64,000 nucleotides of DNA from a virus: the IMG/VR virus record IMGVR_UViG_3300013233_000151, positions 7,962 through 71,961 of that record. One strand, given 5' to 3'. The first letter of the stretch is position 1; every line of letters starts with the position of its first letter. Shown here one piece after another: positions 37,177 to 48,243 of the stretch. The translations under genes were made by a program, and so were the position numbers. The notes beneath the pieces are model-generated. The model was not told where the DNA came from, searched no databases, and was given only the letters and a program-made list of their open reading frames with translations.

Positions 37177-39009
37177 ATGACGGAGTTTGGACAGAACATC
37201 GTCCCTGCAATCTACGAGGACAATACCTTACGTACATTCTCGAAGGCGGGGTTCTTGAGCCATTTGGTTCGGGCGCTTGAAACCGTCGGAATGGTATCGC
37301 TGCATAGTCTGTGGCCTTACGATCCGTTCTCGACTCCTGAGTTCCCGATTCAAGAGGGCCAAACATATCTGTTCCCGTTTGACTTCCCGAACGATGGTGG
37401 GACGATGACGTGGAACGTGAATGGTACGTTGTATCGACCATGCTTCGTGGTGGCGATGTATCACGGAAACGAGAACTCCATCATCAATCCGACACGTCTT
37501 GAGACACACATCCTCGTCGAGAACGCGATTCGTCTCGACGGAGCCCCGGTGCTCAACAACATTTTTTCGATGAGTCGCACCCGAGGGTCTACAGGACTCA
37601 TCGGCTTTGGGGTGCCCACCAACGGATACACGACTGTCTTTCCGAATCAAGCAGGACAGGAACTTCAAAAGGAGGATTGGCTGCCGTATGTAGGTTCGGC
37701 TGCTTCTAACCAATCAATCCTCCCTGTTGGTCACTGGTTCGTGTATCTAGGGCCTGCGGGACTACAGGTCTACGCCGGATCTAACAACACACGACTCGCG
37801 TACGGAGACCTCATTGCTGCGGGGTGTTTGTTCGCAGGCGCGCGCCTTCCCGGACGTGCGCGACCCGTCACCGAAGACGGAAACCTAAACCGCATCAACC
37901 CGATCCTTCCGATGTATTGGAAGGAGACCAATACGGTCACTACCGGGAGTACCTTCTGGTCAACCAGTACGCTTGACGCTAACGCTCTTTACTTCGAGAG
38001 GTTTAGACCGAAGATCCACCGGATGCAGGCGGACATCAAGTCCACGGATGAGATCGTGGATAGTTGGCTATTCAATTTAGAGAACGTCGAGTATCCAATC
38101 TTCCCGCTCTACCAACCAGATACGCGCCCCAGCCCTCGTGCGATCACGGGCGGTGGTGGCGGACATATCCTTGCGTTCGGCGTACAAGTCCCTGATTCGC
38201 GCGAGAACGATGCTACTGATAAGTTCGGTCCGGTGGTGCCTGAGCTGAACGCGAGTGAGGTGCGCCCCAAATTTGAGGATCTGTTCACAGGGGAGGGTTT
38301 TCGATTTTGCGACCAGAACGCGCCCATCGGAATTCACACGGATCCCAACACACTGCTTGATTGGTACTTGGTCCCGACCTACAACTCAAATCAGCTTGTT
38401 GGCCTGTTGCATGATAGCGGAACGACGGTTGATACACTGTCGGTCGTCGTGCTGACTTCGACTGATACCGATAGGTACGATCTCACTGGCGCTAACGGAT
38501 GGGGCAACACGTTTCCGACGGCGGTGACGGTTACGGAAACTGGAAGCGGAACGACCGTTTGGGACGACGCGAGTACGTTGGACGAACAGGTATTCGCGGT
38601 GCCGACACAGAATAACGTCCAGGCGTATGAGGTCCAGTGGGACATCGCTGTTAGCGGATCTGATCCGAGCGACACCCTCTATCAGATTTCGTTCACGGCA
38701 AACAACCGCGACGACCCGCAGGGCGGTCTGTTCTCGTCGGAGGGCTTCAATGATCTTACCTTGGAGTTTTTATTCGCCGGTGCGTGGGTTCCGGTTCTCA
38801 CGATCGAGTGCGCGGGCACCAACACGGCGTTTGTGAACTCAGAGGGCAAGCTCAGCTACTCGACACAGACCTACGCTGCTTTTGTTCAGAAGGATACGAG
38901 TACAGGGACGCCGCAACTTACGGTGCGGTGGCAGGCCGACGGTGACGACGACCGATCAAGCAACGGATCCGTAGGGGTTATTAGCATCAACAAGTTCCGC
39001 TACATGTGA
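37177..39009 (+). CDS. Putative tail accessory structural protein
   Basis: AGGAG RBS; beta-rich C-terminal region. Confidence 0.6.
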   Translation: MTEFGQNIVPAIYEDNTLRTFSKAGFLSHLVRALETVGMVSLHSLWPYDPFSTPEFPIQEGQTYLFPFDFPNDGGTMTWNVNGTLYRPCFVVAMYHGNENSIINPTRLETHILVENAIRLDGAPVLNNIFSMSRTRGSTGLIGFGVPTNGYTTVFPNQAGQELQKEDWLPYVGSAASNQSILPVGHWFVYLGPAGLQVYAGSNNTRLAYGDLIAAGCLFAGARLPGRARPVTEDGNLNRINPILPMYWKETNTVTTGSTFWSTSTLDANALYFERFRPKIHRMQADIKSTDEIVDSWLFNLENVEYPIFPLYQPDTRPSPRAITGGGGGHILAFGVQVPDSRENDATDKFGPVVPELNASEVRPKFEDLFTGEGFRFCDQNAPIGIHTDPNTLLDWYLVPTYNSNQLVGLLHDSGTTVDTLSVVVLTSTDTDRYDLTGANGWGNTFPTAVTVTETGSGTTVWDDASTLDEQVFAVPTQNNVQAYEVQWDIAVSGSDPSDTLYQISFTANNRDDPQGGLFSSEGFNDLTLEFLFAGAWVPVLTIECAGTNTAFVNSEGKLSYSTQTYAAFVQKDTSTGTPQLTVRWQADGDDDRSSNGSVGVISINKFRYM

Positions 39010-39018
39010 GCGCTGCTC

Positions 39019-42000
39019 ATGGGGGACTTCACTCTATCTGGTTTTCCGATCGGCAACGCGGGTGAGTTTTCACTCGAAGCTGAACAGCAACTCACTGGAG
39101 CGTTCACGCTTCAACTAACCATCGGAGATGGTGTGGGGAGCGAATTGCTGGTCGCACAGGCGACGGCCAATATGTCGGGTCTGGTTACAACGACCATCAT
39201 CGGCGTCATTACCGGAACGTCGAATCTCGTCGTGCAGGGTGGTGTGATTCTTGCGGCCTCGATCCCTGCGGGATTCTTTCCGTACGCGCAGGCGGAGTTG
39301 GTGAGCGGTCAGGCGATCTTCGATGGCAACTTATCGAACAATGATGGCACGAACGACTTCGGAGAGTGGCATCCTTTCCCCATCTACGCGGCCGGGGAGG
39401 TGACGGGCGGCTTCGTCGTGGATGCTCGGATCGGTTCGAGCGCGCTCGCGCGGGAGCTGATCGCGCAGGCGTCCGCCAACATGACGGGCAGCCCGCAGGT
39501 CGATCAGTTCATCGGCATCGCGGACGTGTCGGGCAACGAGTTGCTCAGCGCCGCCGCGACGGCGAACATGACGGGGCAGCCCGACTTGCTCAAGGACGGC
39601 GGCTCGCCTCCGTTCGTGATTCTCAACGGCACGGACCAGTACCTCAGCCACCCGGTTGTCACGGACAGTGACTTGCGCGGGGGCGCGAACTTCTCGTGCG
39701 TGATCGTTTTCGACCCCGAGGTCGTGGAGCAGGGCGGGACGGGAGTGCTGTGCGGCAAGCACGACCCGAACGCTACTACGGCGGATTGGGGCTGGAGGGC
39801 CTTGTGGGACGCGACCACGGGCGAAATCACGGTGACGGTCTCCAGCTCCTCCACGGGTGCGGACCGTGCTGAGCGCACGACGGCCGTAGGGGGCACGGGG
39901 ATCCGCGTCAGGACCGTCTTCGCGTTCACCTGGGACAGTACGACCTTGAGTCTGTACGTCGCAGGCAGCGCCTCTCAGGGCGTCCAGACGAACTTCGGCA
40001 TCGTGGGTGTGATGGTGGCGAGCACGGCTCGGTTCGCCGTGGGGGCGGACGATACGCTCTCGACGCCCGCCAACTTCTTCCAGGGCGCGATCCACGCCAT
40101 CTACATCTTCGATGACGTGCTCAGTGGGGCGGAGGTCGGGACGATCGACCAGTCGGGCTACATCCCTTCGGCGCTCGATGACGCGAACTTTGTGGTGGCG
40201 TGGCGACCCGACCGCATCGAGGGATCGACCGTTGGCTTTCAGGTTACGAAGTGGCTCGATGAGAAGGCGAACCGACAGCTAGATCGTAGTGACGGAACGA
40301 TCGTTTGCTTCCCGGGCTTCCTCGATCACCTTCGGTTCCTCTCCGACGAGTGGGACATGGATTTCCTCAATGCGCAGATTGCGGGCGTCAGCCTCGGCCA
40401 GAACCTCGCGTCGGACTTTGTTCTATCGGCCAGCACCACCAACTTTGTTGAGTCGGGTGGATTCCGTCTATTTGTTCCGGTCACGGGCACGGCAGAGCCG
40501 GAGATCGTCTCAGGATTCCGCACGAACGCCAACGACATCACGGTCTTTTGGGGAGGTCGAAAGGACGATGCGTCTGCAAACGATGTCGTTTACTTTGAGC
40601 TGCTCGCGCAGGGGCTCCAGGTTTTTTTTGATGCAGCGACGCTCGACCTCTTCGTCTATCAAGACACGGGTACGACGACGCGCTACGAGTTCGGGCAGTC
40701 GGTCCCCGGTATGGAAACGACTGTGCCGGATGGACCGGGAACCGTTTTTGCGATTCGATACAACAGTCAGACGGCGCTGTTCACGCTCTTTATCAACGGC
40801 GTCAAGATGTTCGAGGAGGGCACGACCGTTACCGGGCCGAACCTCGTGGGATCGGGGATGCGCTTCTGCGAGTTTGGGAATTGGGCGGCCATCAACGCTT
40901 CGGCCAGTCAGACGGATCGCCGAGCGGCCTTCGTGCTGCCCTCTTGCTTGCCTGATATCCTGATGGAACGAGTGCTCGCAGGTGTGATATCGCCGGTCTT
41001 CGGTATGGACAATGCGTCTCCGATCGGACGAACGCTGCGCGCCGCATTGCGACGTAATCCGGTCCCTTCGCTTCCGTTCGGATTGAACTTCTTTGAGTAC
41101 GATGCGATTGACGCTGCCGACGATGATCCTCCGAATCCGCAGCCCGATAGGTTGCGTCCGTATCCGACGGGATCCGGTACGGTCGAGATTTTGGGGCAGC
41201 CCCTCGATGGTGAACAGTTCACGCTCTCAGATGGCACAACTACCCTTACGTTTGAGATTGAGATCGCGGGAGGGATCACAGGTGACGTGTCGGTGTTCTT
41301 GGGAGCCAATGTGCTCGGTACACTCGTCAACATCGCTACTGCTATCAACATTTCGGCCCTTCGTCTGACGGCGGGAGCCCCCGTGGTGTTTCAACCTGAC
41401 GGAGCAAACGATCGAGGGTACGTACGGATTACTCAAGACGACTTACACGATGGCGACTTGCCGCTGGCAGTTGTCAATACCTCACACTTGATTGTGGGAG
41501 GACAGGTTCGCGTCACAGGACCGTACCGCGTCGATGGTCCTAGCGGATCGGTGGGCTTGGTGGACGGTCAACCGAATGACGGAGATCAGTTTGTCATATC
41601 GGACGGCATCAATACGGTAACCTTCGAGTTTGATACTGCGGGTGGTGTGGCGGTCGGTTCAACGGCTGTTCCGATTGGGGCGACCATGACGTTGACGATG
41701 GATAATCTGGTCACGGCCATCAACGCTTCGGTGCTGCTTTTGACAGCAGACCCGACGCAGGCATTCAACCGCTTTGAGATTACGGCTATCGACGCCGTAC
41801 AGAGTATTCTGACGGCACGCCGGTCGAGTAATCCGACCGACTACGCGAATCGGGTCGATCGGCCCATCATTATTCCCGTCAACGCCTCTGGAAATTTGGT
41901 GGCCTCTACGAACTTTGCGCAGCCTGCTCCGTTTGAGGAGTCGATCGCATCCGGTCTTGGAGGGCTTGTTTACGGGACCGTCAATACGGATACGACGCTG

Positions 42001-42900
42001 ACGTTTGTGGACAATCCGTATTCGGTCTTAGAGCCCGAAGCGCTAACGGTAGGTGTTGGGACTTTGCCTCCGTTCATCAACCCTACTCCGAGCATCTCGT
42101 CCGTCACAGCCGACTTGGCAAAAAACGTGACGGCCGTTGCTCTGGCTGGACCGACGGACGCAGGCGATGTGAGATCTTGGTGGGAGATTGAGCTGGTGTC
42201 GGACGATCCACAGTTCAACCTGCGCATCGACGAGCAAGACAACAACTTTTCGATCAACAAAATCCAGTCGGATACGTTTTCGATTCCGCTAGGTCAGGAT
42301 TGGGATGATCTTCGGATTCGTTTTGTCATCCAATCGCAGCTCGATCCGAATCAGCTTTGGTTCTCGCTGTACGTGCGCATGACAGGAGAGAACTTCAATA
42401 ACGGAACCGTAGAGACCATTATCCTTCCAGGCGTGGGCGCTCCAGAGCCTCCCCCGACGATTGAGCTGGAGATCTCTACAACTCAACAAGCCTTCGTGGT
42501 GCAGGAAGCTTCGGCCGCTGCTGCGCGTCAGCTTGCTCTCTCAAACCGTTCTCGTTACAAGCTTACGCGACTCTTCGTCAATGCTAAGACGGACCCACGT
42601 ATCGTGGGCCGCAACGAAGATGGGTTGGAGTTCGGTCTCCTTTCCGTTCTTGACGACTTCCTTGCTTTGGGAACCGATGTGAGAACCTACAAGGTCAGGT
42701 CGGGTGATATCGGGTTCTTGGATCAGATCTCTGTGAAGTTCTACGGAGCAGGCTTCGAGGACTTCTGGTGGGTGATCGCTTACGCGAATGGGATTGCGGA
42801 TCCCGATGCCGATATGTTCGTGGGTCAGAACCTCGTGATCCCTCCGCGCGAAACCGTTACCGCGTTCTTGTCTCGTAAGCCCACGGGGGATGGTCGTTAG
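39019..42900 (+). CDS. Large baseplate protein: N-terminal repeats, LamG/ConA-like domain(s), two sheath-type modules, C-terminal LysM/gp53-like domain
   Basis: LNGTDQYL..FTWDSTTLSLYV..FAVG..FQGAIHAIYIFDDVLS (LamG); YKVRSGD..LDQISVKFYG..FWWVIAYANGI.DP..GQNLVIP (LysM-like). Confidence 0.75.
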   Translation: MGDFTLSGFPIGNAGEFSLEAEQQLTGAFTLQLTIGDGVGSELLVAQATANMSGLVTTTIIGVITGTSNLVVQGGVILAASIPAGFFPYAQAELVSGQAIFDGNLSNNDGTNDFGEWHPFPIYAAGEVTGGFVVDARIGSSALARELIAQASANMTGSPQVDQFIGIADVSGNELLSAAATANMTGQPDLLKDGGSPPFVILNGTDQYLSHPVVTDSDLRGGANFSCVIVFDPEVVEQGGTGVLCGKHDPNATTADWGWRALWDATTGEITVTVSSSSTGADRAERTTAVGGTGIRVRTVFAFTWDSTTLSLYVAGSASQGVQTNFGIVGVMVASTARFAVGADDTLSTPANFFQGAIHAIYIFDDVLSGAEVGTIDQSGYIPSALDDANFVVAWRPDRIEGSTVGFQVTKWLDEKANRQLDRSDGTIVCFPGFLDHLRFLSDEWDMDFLNAQIAGVSLGQNLASDFVLSASTTNFVESGGFRLFVPVTGTAEPEIVSGFRTNANDITVFWGGRKDDASANDVVYFELLAQGLQVFFDAATLDLFVYQDTGTTTRYEFGQSVPGMETTVPDGPGTVFAIRYNSQTALFTLFINGVKMFEEGTTVTGPNLVGSGMRFCEFGNWAAINASASQTDRRAAFVLPSCLPDILMERVLAGVISPVFGMDNASPIGRTLRAALRRNPVPSLPFGLNFFEYDAIDAADDDPPNPQPDRLRPYPTGSGTVEILGQPLDGEQFTLSDGTTTLTFEIEIAGGITGDVSVFLGANVLGTLVNIATAINISALRLTAGAPVVFQPDGANDRGYVRITQDDLHDGDLPLAVVNTSHLIVGGQVRVTGPYRVDGPSGSVGLVDGQPNDGDQFVISDGINTVTFEFDTAGGVAVGSTAVPIGATMTLTMDNLVTAINASVLLLTADPTQAFNRFEITAIDAVQSILTARRSSNPTDYANRVDRPIIIPVNASGNLVASTNFAQPAPFEESIASGLGGLVYGTVNTDTTLTFVDNPYSVLEPEALTVGVGTLPPFINPTPSISSVTADLAKNVTAVALAGPTDAGDVRSWWEIELVSDDPQFNLRIDEQDNNFSINKIQSDTFSIPLGQDWDDLRIRFVIQSQLDPNQLWFSLYVRMTGENFNNGTVETIILPGVGAPEPPPTIELEISTTQQAFVVQEASAAAARQLALSNRSRYKLTRLFVNAKTDPRIVGRNEDGLEFGLLSVLDDFLALGTDVRTYKVRSGDIGFLDQISVKFYGAGFEDFWWVIAYANGIADPDADMFVGQNLVIPPRETVTAFLSRKPTGDGR

Positions 42901-42945
42901 ATGGCACTCAGCGACAACGCCAATCGGTTAGGCTACTCGGTATGA
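42901..42945 (+). pseudogene. Orphaned original start of the tape measure gene (MALSDNA...), duplicated at 43642
   Basis: ATGGCACTCAGCGACAACGCC vs GTGGCTCTTAGCGACAATGCC encode the same 7 residues. Confidence 0.7.
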
Positions 42946-43652
42946 CAGCCATCAAGCCGGGCTCGACCGTGACGATCTATGCCATCCGCTGTAAGCGTAA
43001 TGGCTATCGGTACGTTGGCGCGACGGGTACTTCGGTTCGCCGACGTTGGAGTAACCACAAGTCCAAGCTACGAGGTCGGCAGAACCACGGGACGGTGAAG
43101 TTGCAAGAGGCGTGGGATCGTTTTGGCGAAGGCTCTTTTGTCGTCGAGGTTCTGGAAGAGGGTGTGTCGTATTCGGATGCTGCTGAGCGCGAGGCATTTT
43201 GGATCGGTCAGTTTAGGCGGATCTTCAACACCGGCGATCCTCTTGACCTCGGGACCCATGCGGAGAAGGACTACATCGTGACTCCTCCGGGCGGGCCTGA
43301 GCGCGCGGTGCGTAACCTACGGCGATATTGTCAGGAGAACCGTCTGGGTTCGGCCAATATGGTGCTGGTTGCGCAGGGCGTTGCAGTCCATCATCGAGGG
43401 TGGCTGTGCAGATACGCGGGGGATGCTGCGCCGAAGGTGAAGAGGGAGCGATACACGGGGGGCTATTGGGTTGATTGGGTCGGCGGAGGGCGCGAGTTCG
43501 TCTCTTCGTTGAAGGGTTGGTGTCGGACGCAAGGATTTGATCCCGATACGATACGCCGCTTGGTGGATGATCTTCCGGTTCGGAAGGACTTTGAGTTTAC
43601 GATCGAGGTTGCGCGTCCGCGCTTGAGAAAGGAGGTGCAACGTGGCTCTTAG
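42942..43652 (+). mobile_element. Free-standing GIY-YIG homing endonuclease gene
   Basis: TIYAI..YRYVGAT..RRRWSNH..LQEAWDRFG..F.VEVLE..E..WI; C-terminal DNA-binding-like repeats. Confidence 0.85.
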
Positions 43653-46424
43653 CGACAATGCCGTGGGTTTTATTTAGAAGCGGAGGATGTGAGCCTATCG
43701 AAGACGCTCAAGACCGCCGCTGGGAACTACGAGAAGTACACGAAGTCTCTGGAGGATTACAACCAGCGCGCCTTCAAGAGCGCGCAGCATGGGATGGGCA
43801 GCGTCAAACAGCTCATCAAGTCGGTGAAGGATCTTCCGGGTGCGGTTGAGCAGTCGATGAAGAAGGCGAGTGGCACGATCCAAAAAGGTCTCCGCCCGAT
43901 CATGCAGAAGGTGGACCTTTCGATCTCGGTCGGCAGCGCGTCGAAGCTCAAGAAGCTGTTCGGTCAGGCGGTCGCTAACGCGATGGCGGGCGCGAACGTG
44001 CGCATGACGGCTTCGCTTCCCCAGCGTCGCATGGCGATGTTCCAACGAGGTGTGGGTCTGCGCGCACAGTACCACGACGTGGTGCAGCCGCCCGATATGC
44101 AGGGCAAGATCCGGCCGCTCAAGAAGTTCGCCAAGGGTGGCGTCGTCGATGGACCGGCGGGCATCGACAAGATTCTTGGTCTACTCACCAAGGATGAGAT
44201 GGTCCTGCCCGCTGACGTGTCGAAGGATCTGCAAAAGGCTGCGGGAGGCAAGTTGAAAACAGCGGGCGGTAAATTCGCCTCTGCGAAGGAGTTGGGCAAG
44301 ATGGTCGCGGAGGTTACAAACCTCGCGGACGCACTCAAGAAGATGAAGGGCGGGTTGGAGGCAGGCGTCGGGACTGAGAAGGATCAGAAGGCGTACGTGC
44401 AGGGCGTTGAGGAGCTAGAGCGTAAGGTTGGTACTTTGAGCGAGGCTCAGAACGATCTGAGCTTCACGACTAAGGTTAGGCTCGGCCCGTCGATCCTCCA
44501 GGCAACGAATCGTCTGGAGGATTTCAAGGATGCAGGTGAGGACACCGGCGGTGTGATGGAGAATCTGCTGGGGAAGATCATTGGACCGGCGCGCTTCCTC
44601 GCCATCACGAAGGGGATCGAGACGTTGCAAGACGGGGTGAATTCCTTACGTGCGGGAGCAGGTAGCGCGTTCAGTACGCTTGGTGGTGAGGAGATTGCTA
44701 GTGGGATCGACTCGATCAACCAGATGAATCAATTTCTTGGTATCAGCAGAGATGAGTTGGCTAAGGTCAAACTTCGCGCTGGTGCCGTAGCTAATGAGAT
44801 TGAAGGTGTCACGTTCGACGAGCTATCGAACGGTCTTCGCGTTGCGGCAGAGTTGGGAATTCGAGATACAGACGTGATGTTCGATCTCGCTACGGCGGCT
44901 TCGGCTGTTGCTAAAGGGACGGATATTGCACAAGAGTCTGCGGTGACGTTAGGCTTCGAGTTGACAAAATCGTTGAACGTGAGTCAGAAGGGTTTTGAGG
45001 CGACACTTGGTTCAATGGCGCAGCTTTCGGATAGTACCTCTGGATTCAACATTTCAGCCGGGAAACTGTTTGAGCAGACGACGGCCGACGTGGATGTGTT
45101 GAACACTTCACTGCGTAACATGAGCGGTGAGGAGTCACAGAAGCTTATAGGATCGTTCAACCAAATTGGTGCAGTGCTGGAGAGCACGTTCATTAGTAAC
45201 GCAGGAGAGATTCGACAGGTACTCGCTAAAGCCTTTGAGGGCGGGGCGGCTAATCAGGAGGCAATCGCCACCGCTATCAACCTGACAGGTCTTGCGCAGG
45301 AAGACCTGCGTAAGAAGTTGAAGTCGGGAGACTTGGAAGGACTATTCGATCGTATCGGTAAGCAAGTGCAAGGTATGCGTCCGGACGAGATCAACGCGCT
45401 TTCGTCTGCGATTGGAATTAGCGCGAACGAACTAGGCAAGTTCGGTAGTGAAATGGATTCGGTGAACGCAGGGTTTGAGACATCGAAGACGCGCATAGTA
45501 GCGGAAGGTGCTGGAATGAACGTGCTGAAAACTCGTGCGTTGAATGTTCGCACAGAATTTGAGCAAGTGCAGGAAAAAGTTACCGACGGTAGTGCGGCGT
45601 TCACTGCGTATGGGATTTCGGGTGTGCAAGTCCTTGACTTCTTCAAGGAGTTCAACCTTACGTCGCTTGCAAGCATTGCCGTCTTGGGAAAAATGACGCT
45701 CAGCGCATTAGGAACTGCGAAGGGGTTTCTGAGTGTTGGCGGAGCGGTATCTGGGTCCGGAGAGGCGCTGGCGGCCACCGGAGGTATCGCGTCGAAGCTT
45801 GGGCCGATGCTTGGAAAACTTGCGTTGTCGGTCGGTCCTATTTTGCTCGTGGGCGCTGCTGTTGCGGGACTGACGAAGTTGGCGATCGACTCGATTGAAA
45901 AGACCAACGCGATCAATAAAGAGACTGCGGAGAAGGGAGCGAAGATCGGCCTCACGGAGTTCGGGGCCGTGGGTTTCGACATCCAGAAAAAGAAGAAGAG
46001 TATTGCTAATGTTCAGAAGCAGATCGACTTAGATAAGGATGTCGGTCAGGAAGTCAACCCGTCCTCTTTGAAGTTGCTTGAACGCTACAACAAACAACTT
46101 GCAGAACTCGAAGCGAGGTCGCAAGCGCTGGCGGACGCGGGGAAGGCGAGTAAGACAGGGGGCGTCGAGAATCTGTCTCAGAACTTAGGTACGCCCCCGG
46201 TGTCGCAGGCTGAGATCGCAGCATTGAGCACTAACGTCCAGGTATCCACAGGGGCCACGGAGGAGAAGCTCGATCGCAACAACGAACTCATGGAACAGGT
46301 AGTGAGTCTTATGCGCGAGCAAGTTCAGCAGGGTCGTTCAGGCCCCGCCCCGACACAAACTCAACAGGGGGTTTCGACTGGTATCTCAAGTTTCGGAAGG
46401 GACGTTGCGGGAGGTGGTTTGTAA
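43642..46424 (+). CDS. Tape measure protein (start GTG 43642 needs a -1 shift at GGGTTTT; continuous ORF from 43689)
   Basis: Ala/Gly/Lys-rich helical protein, FAKGGVV..DEMVLP motif, hydrophobic segments; AAGGAGG RBS before 43642. Confidence 0.85.
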
Positions 46425-47014
46425 TGCTTGTGGAAGGTAACCTTGGCGATCGTTTGACTATAACGATCGACCCGTTGTGGCCTCATCAGTCATTGTGGCG
46501 TCATCCTTTGGGGAATACGCTGCGCGTGACCTTCGTGGATTTTGATGCGGGTATTCAGGAGAATGCTGCGCCCAACTACGTCAACACGGAGGTCGTCGGT
46601 CGCGCCGAAGCTTACAAGGCGTTTATCAATACGCAGAATCGACAGATTCAGATTCCGTTCAAATTCCGCGTGCAGGGACAGACCTCGGCGGATTCGCGCA
46701 CGGCGATTGAAGCAGAGGTCGTCAATCCAGCACGCTTTTTGGATGCGCTAAAGTATCCGGTTTACGATGCGAATCAGAATCTTTCGTTCCCGCCCCCGAC
46801 TGTGCTCGTGCACGTCGGTCAACTGTTCACGGCGCGGTGTATCCTTACAGGAGGCGACATCAACTGGCTGCATAATCCGTTGGAGATCGACACGTTATTG
46901 CCTCATGGATGCGACTTCAATGCGCAGTTCGAGGTAGTGCGTACATTCCGAGCTGACTTGAGCTACTTCCCGTCGGGACAGACGGGCGGTCCTGTTTCTG
47001 GAGATTGGCTGTGA
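46424..47014 (+). CDS. Tail tube initiator/baseplate tube-like protein
   Basis: EVVGRAEAYKAF..RQIQIPFKF, PPPTVLVHVG; follows the tape measure. Confidence 0.7.
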   Translation: MLVEGNLGDRLTITIDPLWPHQSLWRHPLGNTLRVTFVDFDAGIQENAAPNYVNTEVVGRAEAYKAFINTQNRQIQIPFKFRVQGQTSADSRTAIEAEVVNPARFLDALKYPVYDANQNLSFPPPTVLVHVGQLFTARCILTGGDINWLHNPLEIDTLLPHGCDFNAQFEVVRTFRADLSYFPSGQTGGPVSGDWL

Positions 47015-48243
47015 GCACTAATAGCAATGTCTTCACAACAGGCTCGATCAACTTGCTATCGGCAGGTCAGATAGTTGCGCTTCCGTTTCGAGAGTTCTTG
47101 CAGGAGATGGAAGTAGACATCACCTCACGAGGATCCTGGACGGCTTCTATCAAGCTCTTCGATAATCAGGGCGACCGCTTGGAGAAGATACTGATCGCAG
47201 CAGGTAAGGACCGTGACATCGACTTTCAATGGGGGTGGGACGATCCCGTCGTTAGCTTTCAGCGGAAGTTTTTAGGTTCGGTCACACAGTACGTGCCGGA
47301 GTTCATGCCGCACGGCGTACTGTTGAATCTGGAGGTGGTGGGCCGGTCCGCCTTCCAGCAGGTCATCGACCGCAAGATTCGTTCCTTCGAGGAGGGGATG
47401 ACAATCTCGGATATCGTTCGCGCGATTGCAGGAGATCGAGGATGGACATCCGTGATCGAGGATTCGGAGGGTACGTCTGAGCAGCCGTTTAGCTCGAAGG
47501 GTGAGAGCGACCTTAGTTTCATCATCAACACGTTGTTGCCGCACGCCGTCAACGCGAACGGATCAGATTTCAAGGCGCGATTTGACGAGAACGACGTGTT
47601 CCATTTTCATTCTCCCGGCTTTCAAGGATCAACGCCGCTGAATCAGCACACGTACCGATTCACCAGTGACGTTTCTGGCGATGTGATCTCCTTCGTACCG
47701 CAGGACAGTCAGCTCTTCGGCACCCTATACGGAGGAGGCAACAGCCTCTACAGCTCGCCTAATTCGGCGATGGGGGGTCAAGAAGAGCAGAAGACCGATC
47801 AGGGTACGGGCCTATCGGGAATCGGTACCCCGGCAGCAGTAGACGCTTCGTCTCAGATTGACATGGGGGATGGGGTGCATTCCTACAACAACATCACAGC
47901 TCGGGACTCGGCTGAGGTGGAGAGGCTTACGAAGGCGCGTTTTGCCGATATGCGTCGATATGCTTTCAATGCGCATTTGCGGGTGCACGGGACGCATCGT
48001 GCGCGCGCGTTCGACTACATCAACGTGGACTACACGAAGACCGACGGGACCACGCACTATCTGTCCGGCAATTTTCAGGCGTTTAGAATCAAGCATGTCG
48101 TTGGCGTGGGGATCGGATGGACGACAGAGTTTGAGCTGTATCGTCAAGGAATCGAACAGCTTCCTGGGACCCGTCCCATTACGGTTTCGCAGGCGATTAC
48201 GCCGAGTGGATCCGACAACGACGGCCTTACGATCAGCACATGA
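47011..48243 (+). CDS. Baseplate hub protein (T4 gp27/P2 gpD-like)
   Basis: FQWGW, ISDIVRAIA, ESDLSFI, YLSGNFQAFRIKH..WTTEFEL. Confidence 0.75.
   Translation: MSTNSNVFTTGSINLLSAGQIVALPFREFLQEMEVDITSRGSWTASIKLFDNQGDRLEKILIAAGKDRDIDFQWGWDDPVVSFQRKFLGSVTQYVPEFMPHGVLLNLEVVGRSAFQQVIDRKIRSFEEGMTISDIVRAIAGDRGWTSVIEDSEGTSEQPFSSKGESDLSFIINTLLPHAVNANGSDFKARFDENDVFHFHSPGFQGSTPLNQHTYRFTSDVSGDVISFVPQDSQLFGTLYGGGNSLYSSPNSAMGGQEEQKTDQGTGLSGIGTPAAVDASSQIDMGDGVHSYNNITARDSAEVERLTKARFADMRRYAFNAHLRVHGTHRARAFDYINVDYTKTDGTTHYLSGNFQAFRIKHVVGVGIGWTTEFELYRQGIEQLPGTRPITVSQAITPSGSDNDGLTIST

Noticed and set aside
42901-43690. Group I intron interrupting the tape measure gene
   Set aside because: The endonuclease ORF fills the insert, leaving no evident ribozyme core; the duplicated start explains the layout without splicing
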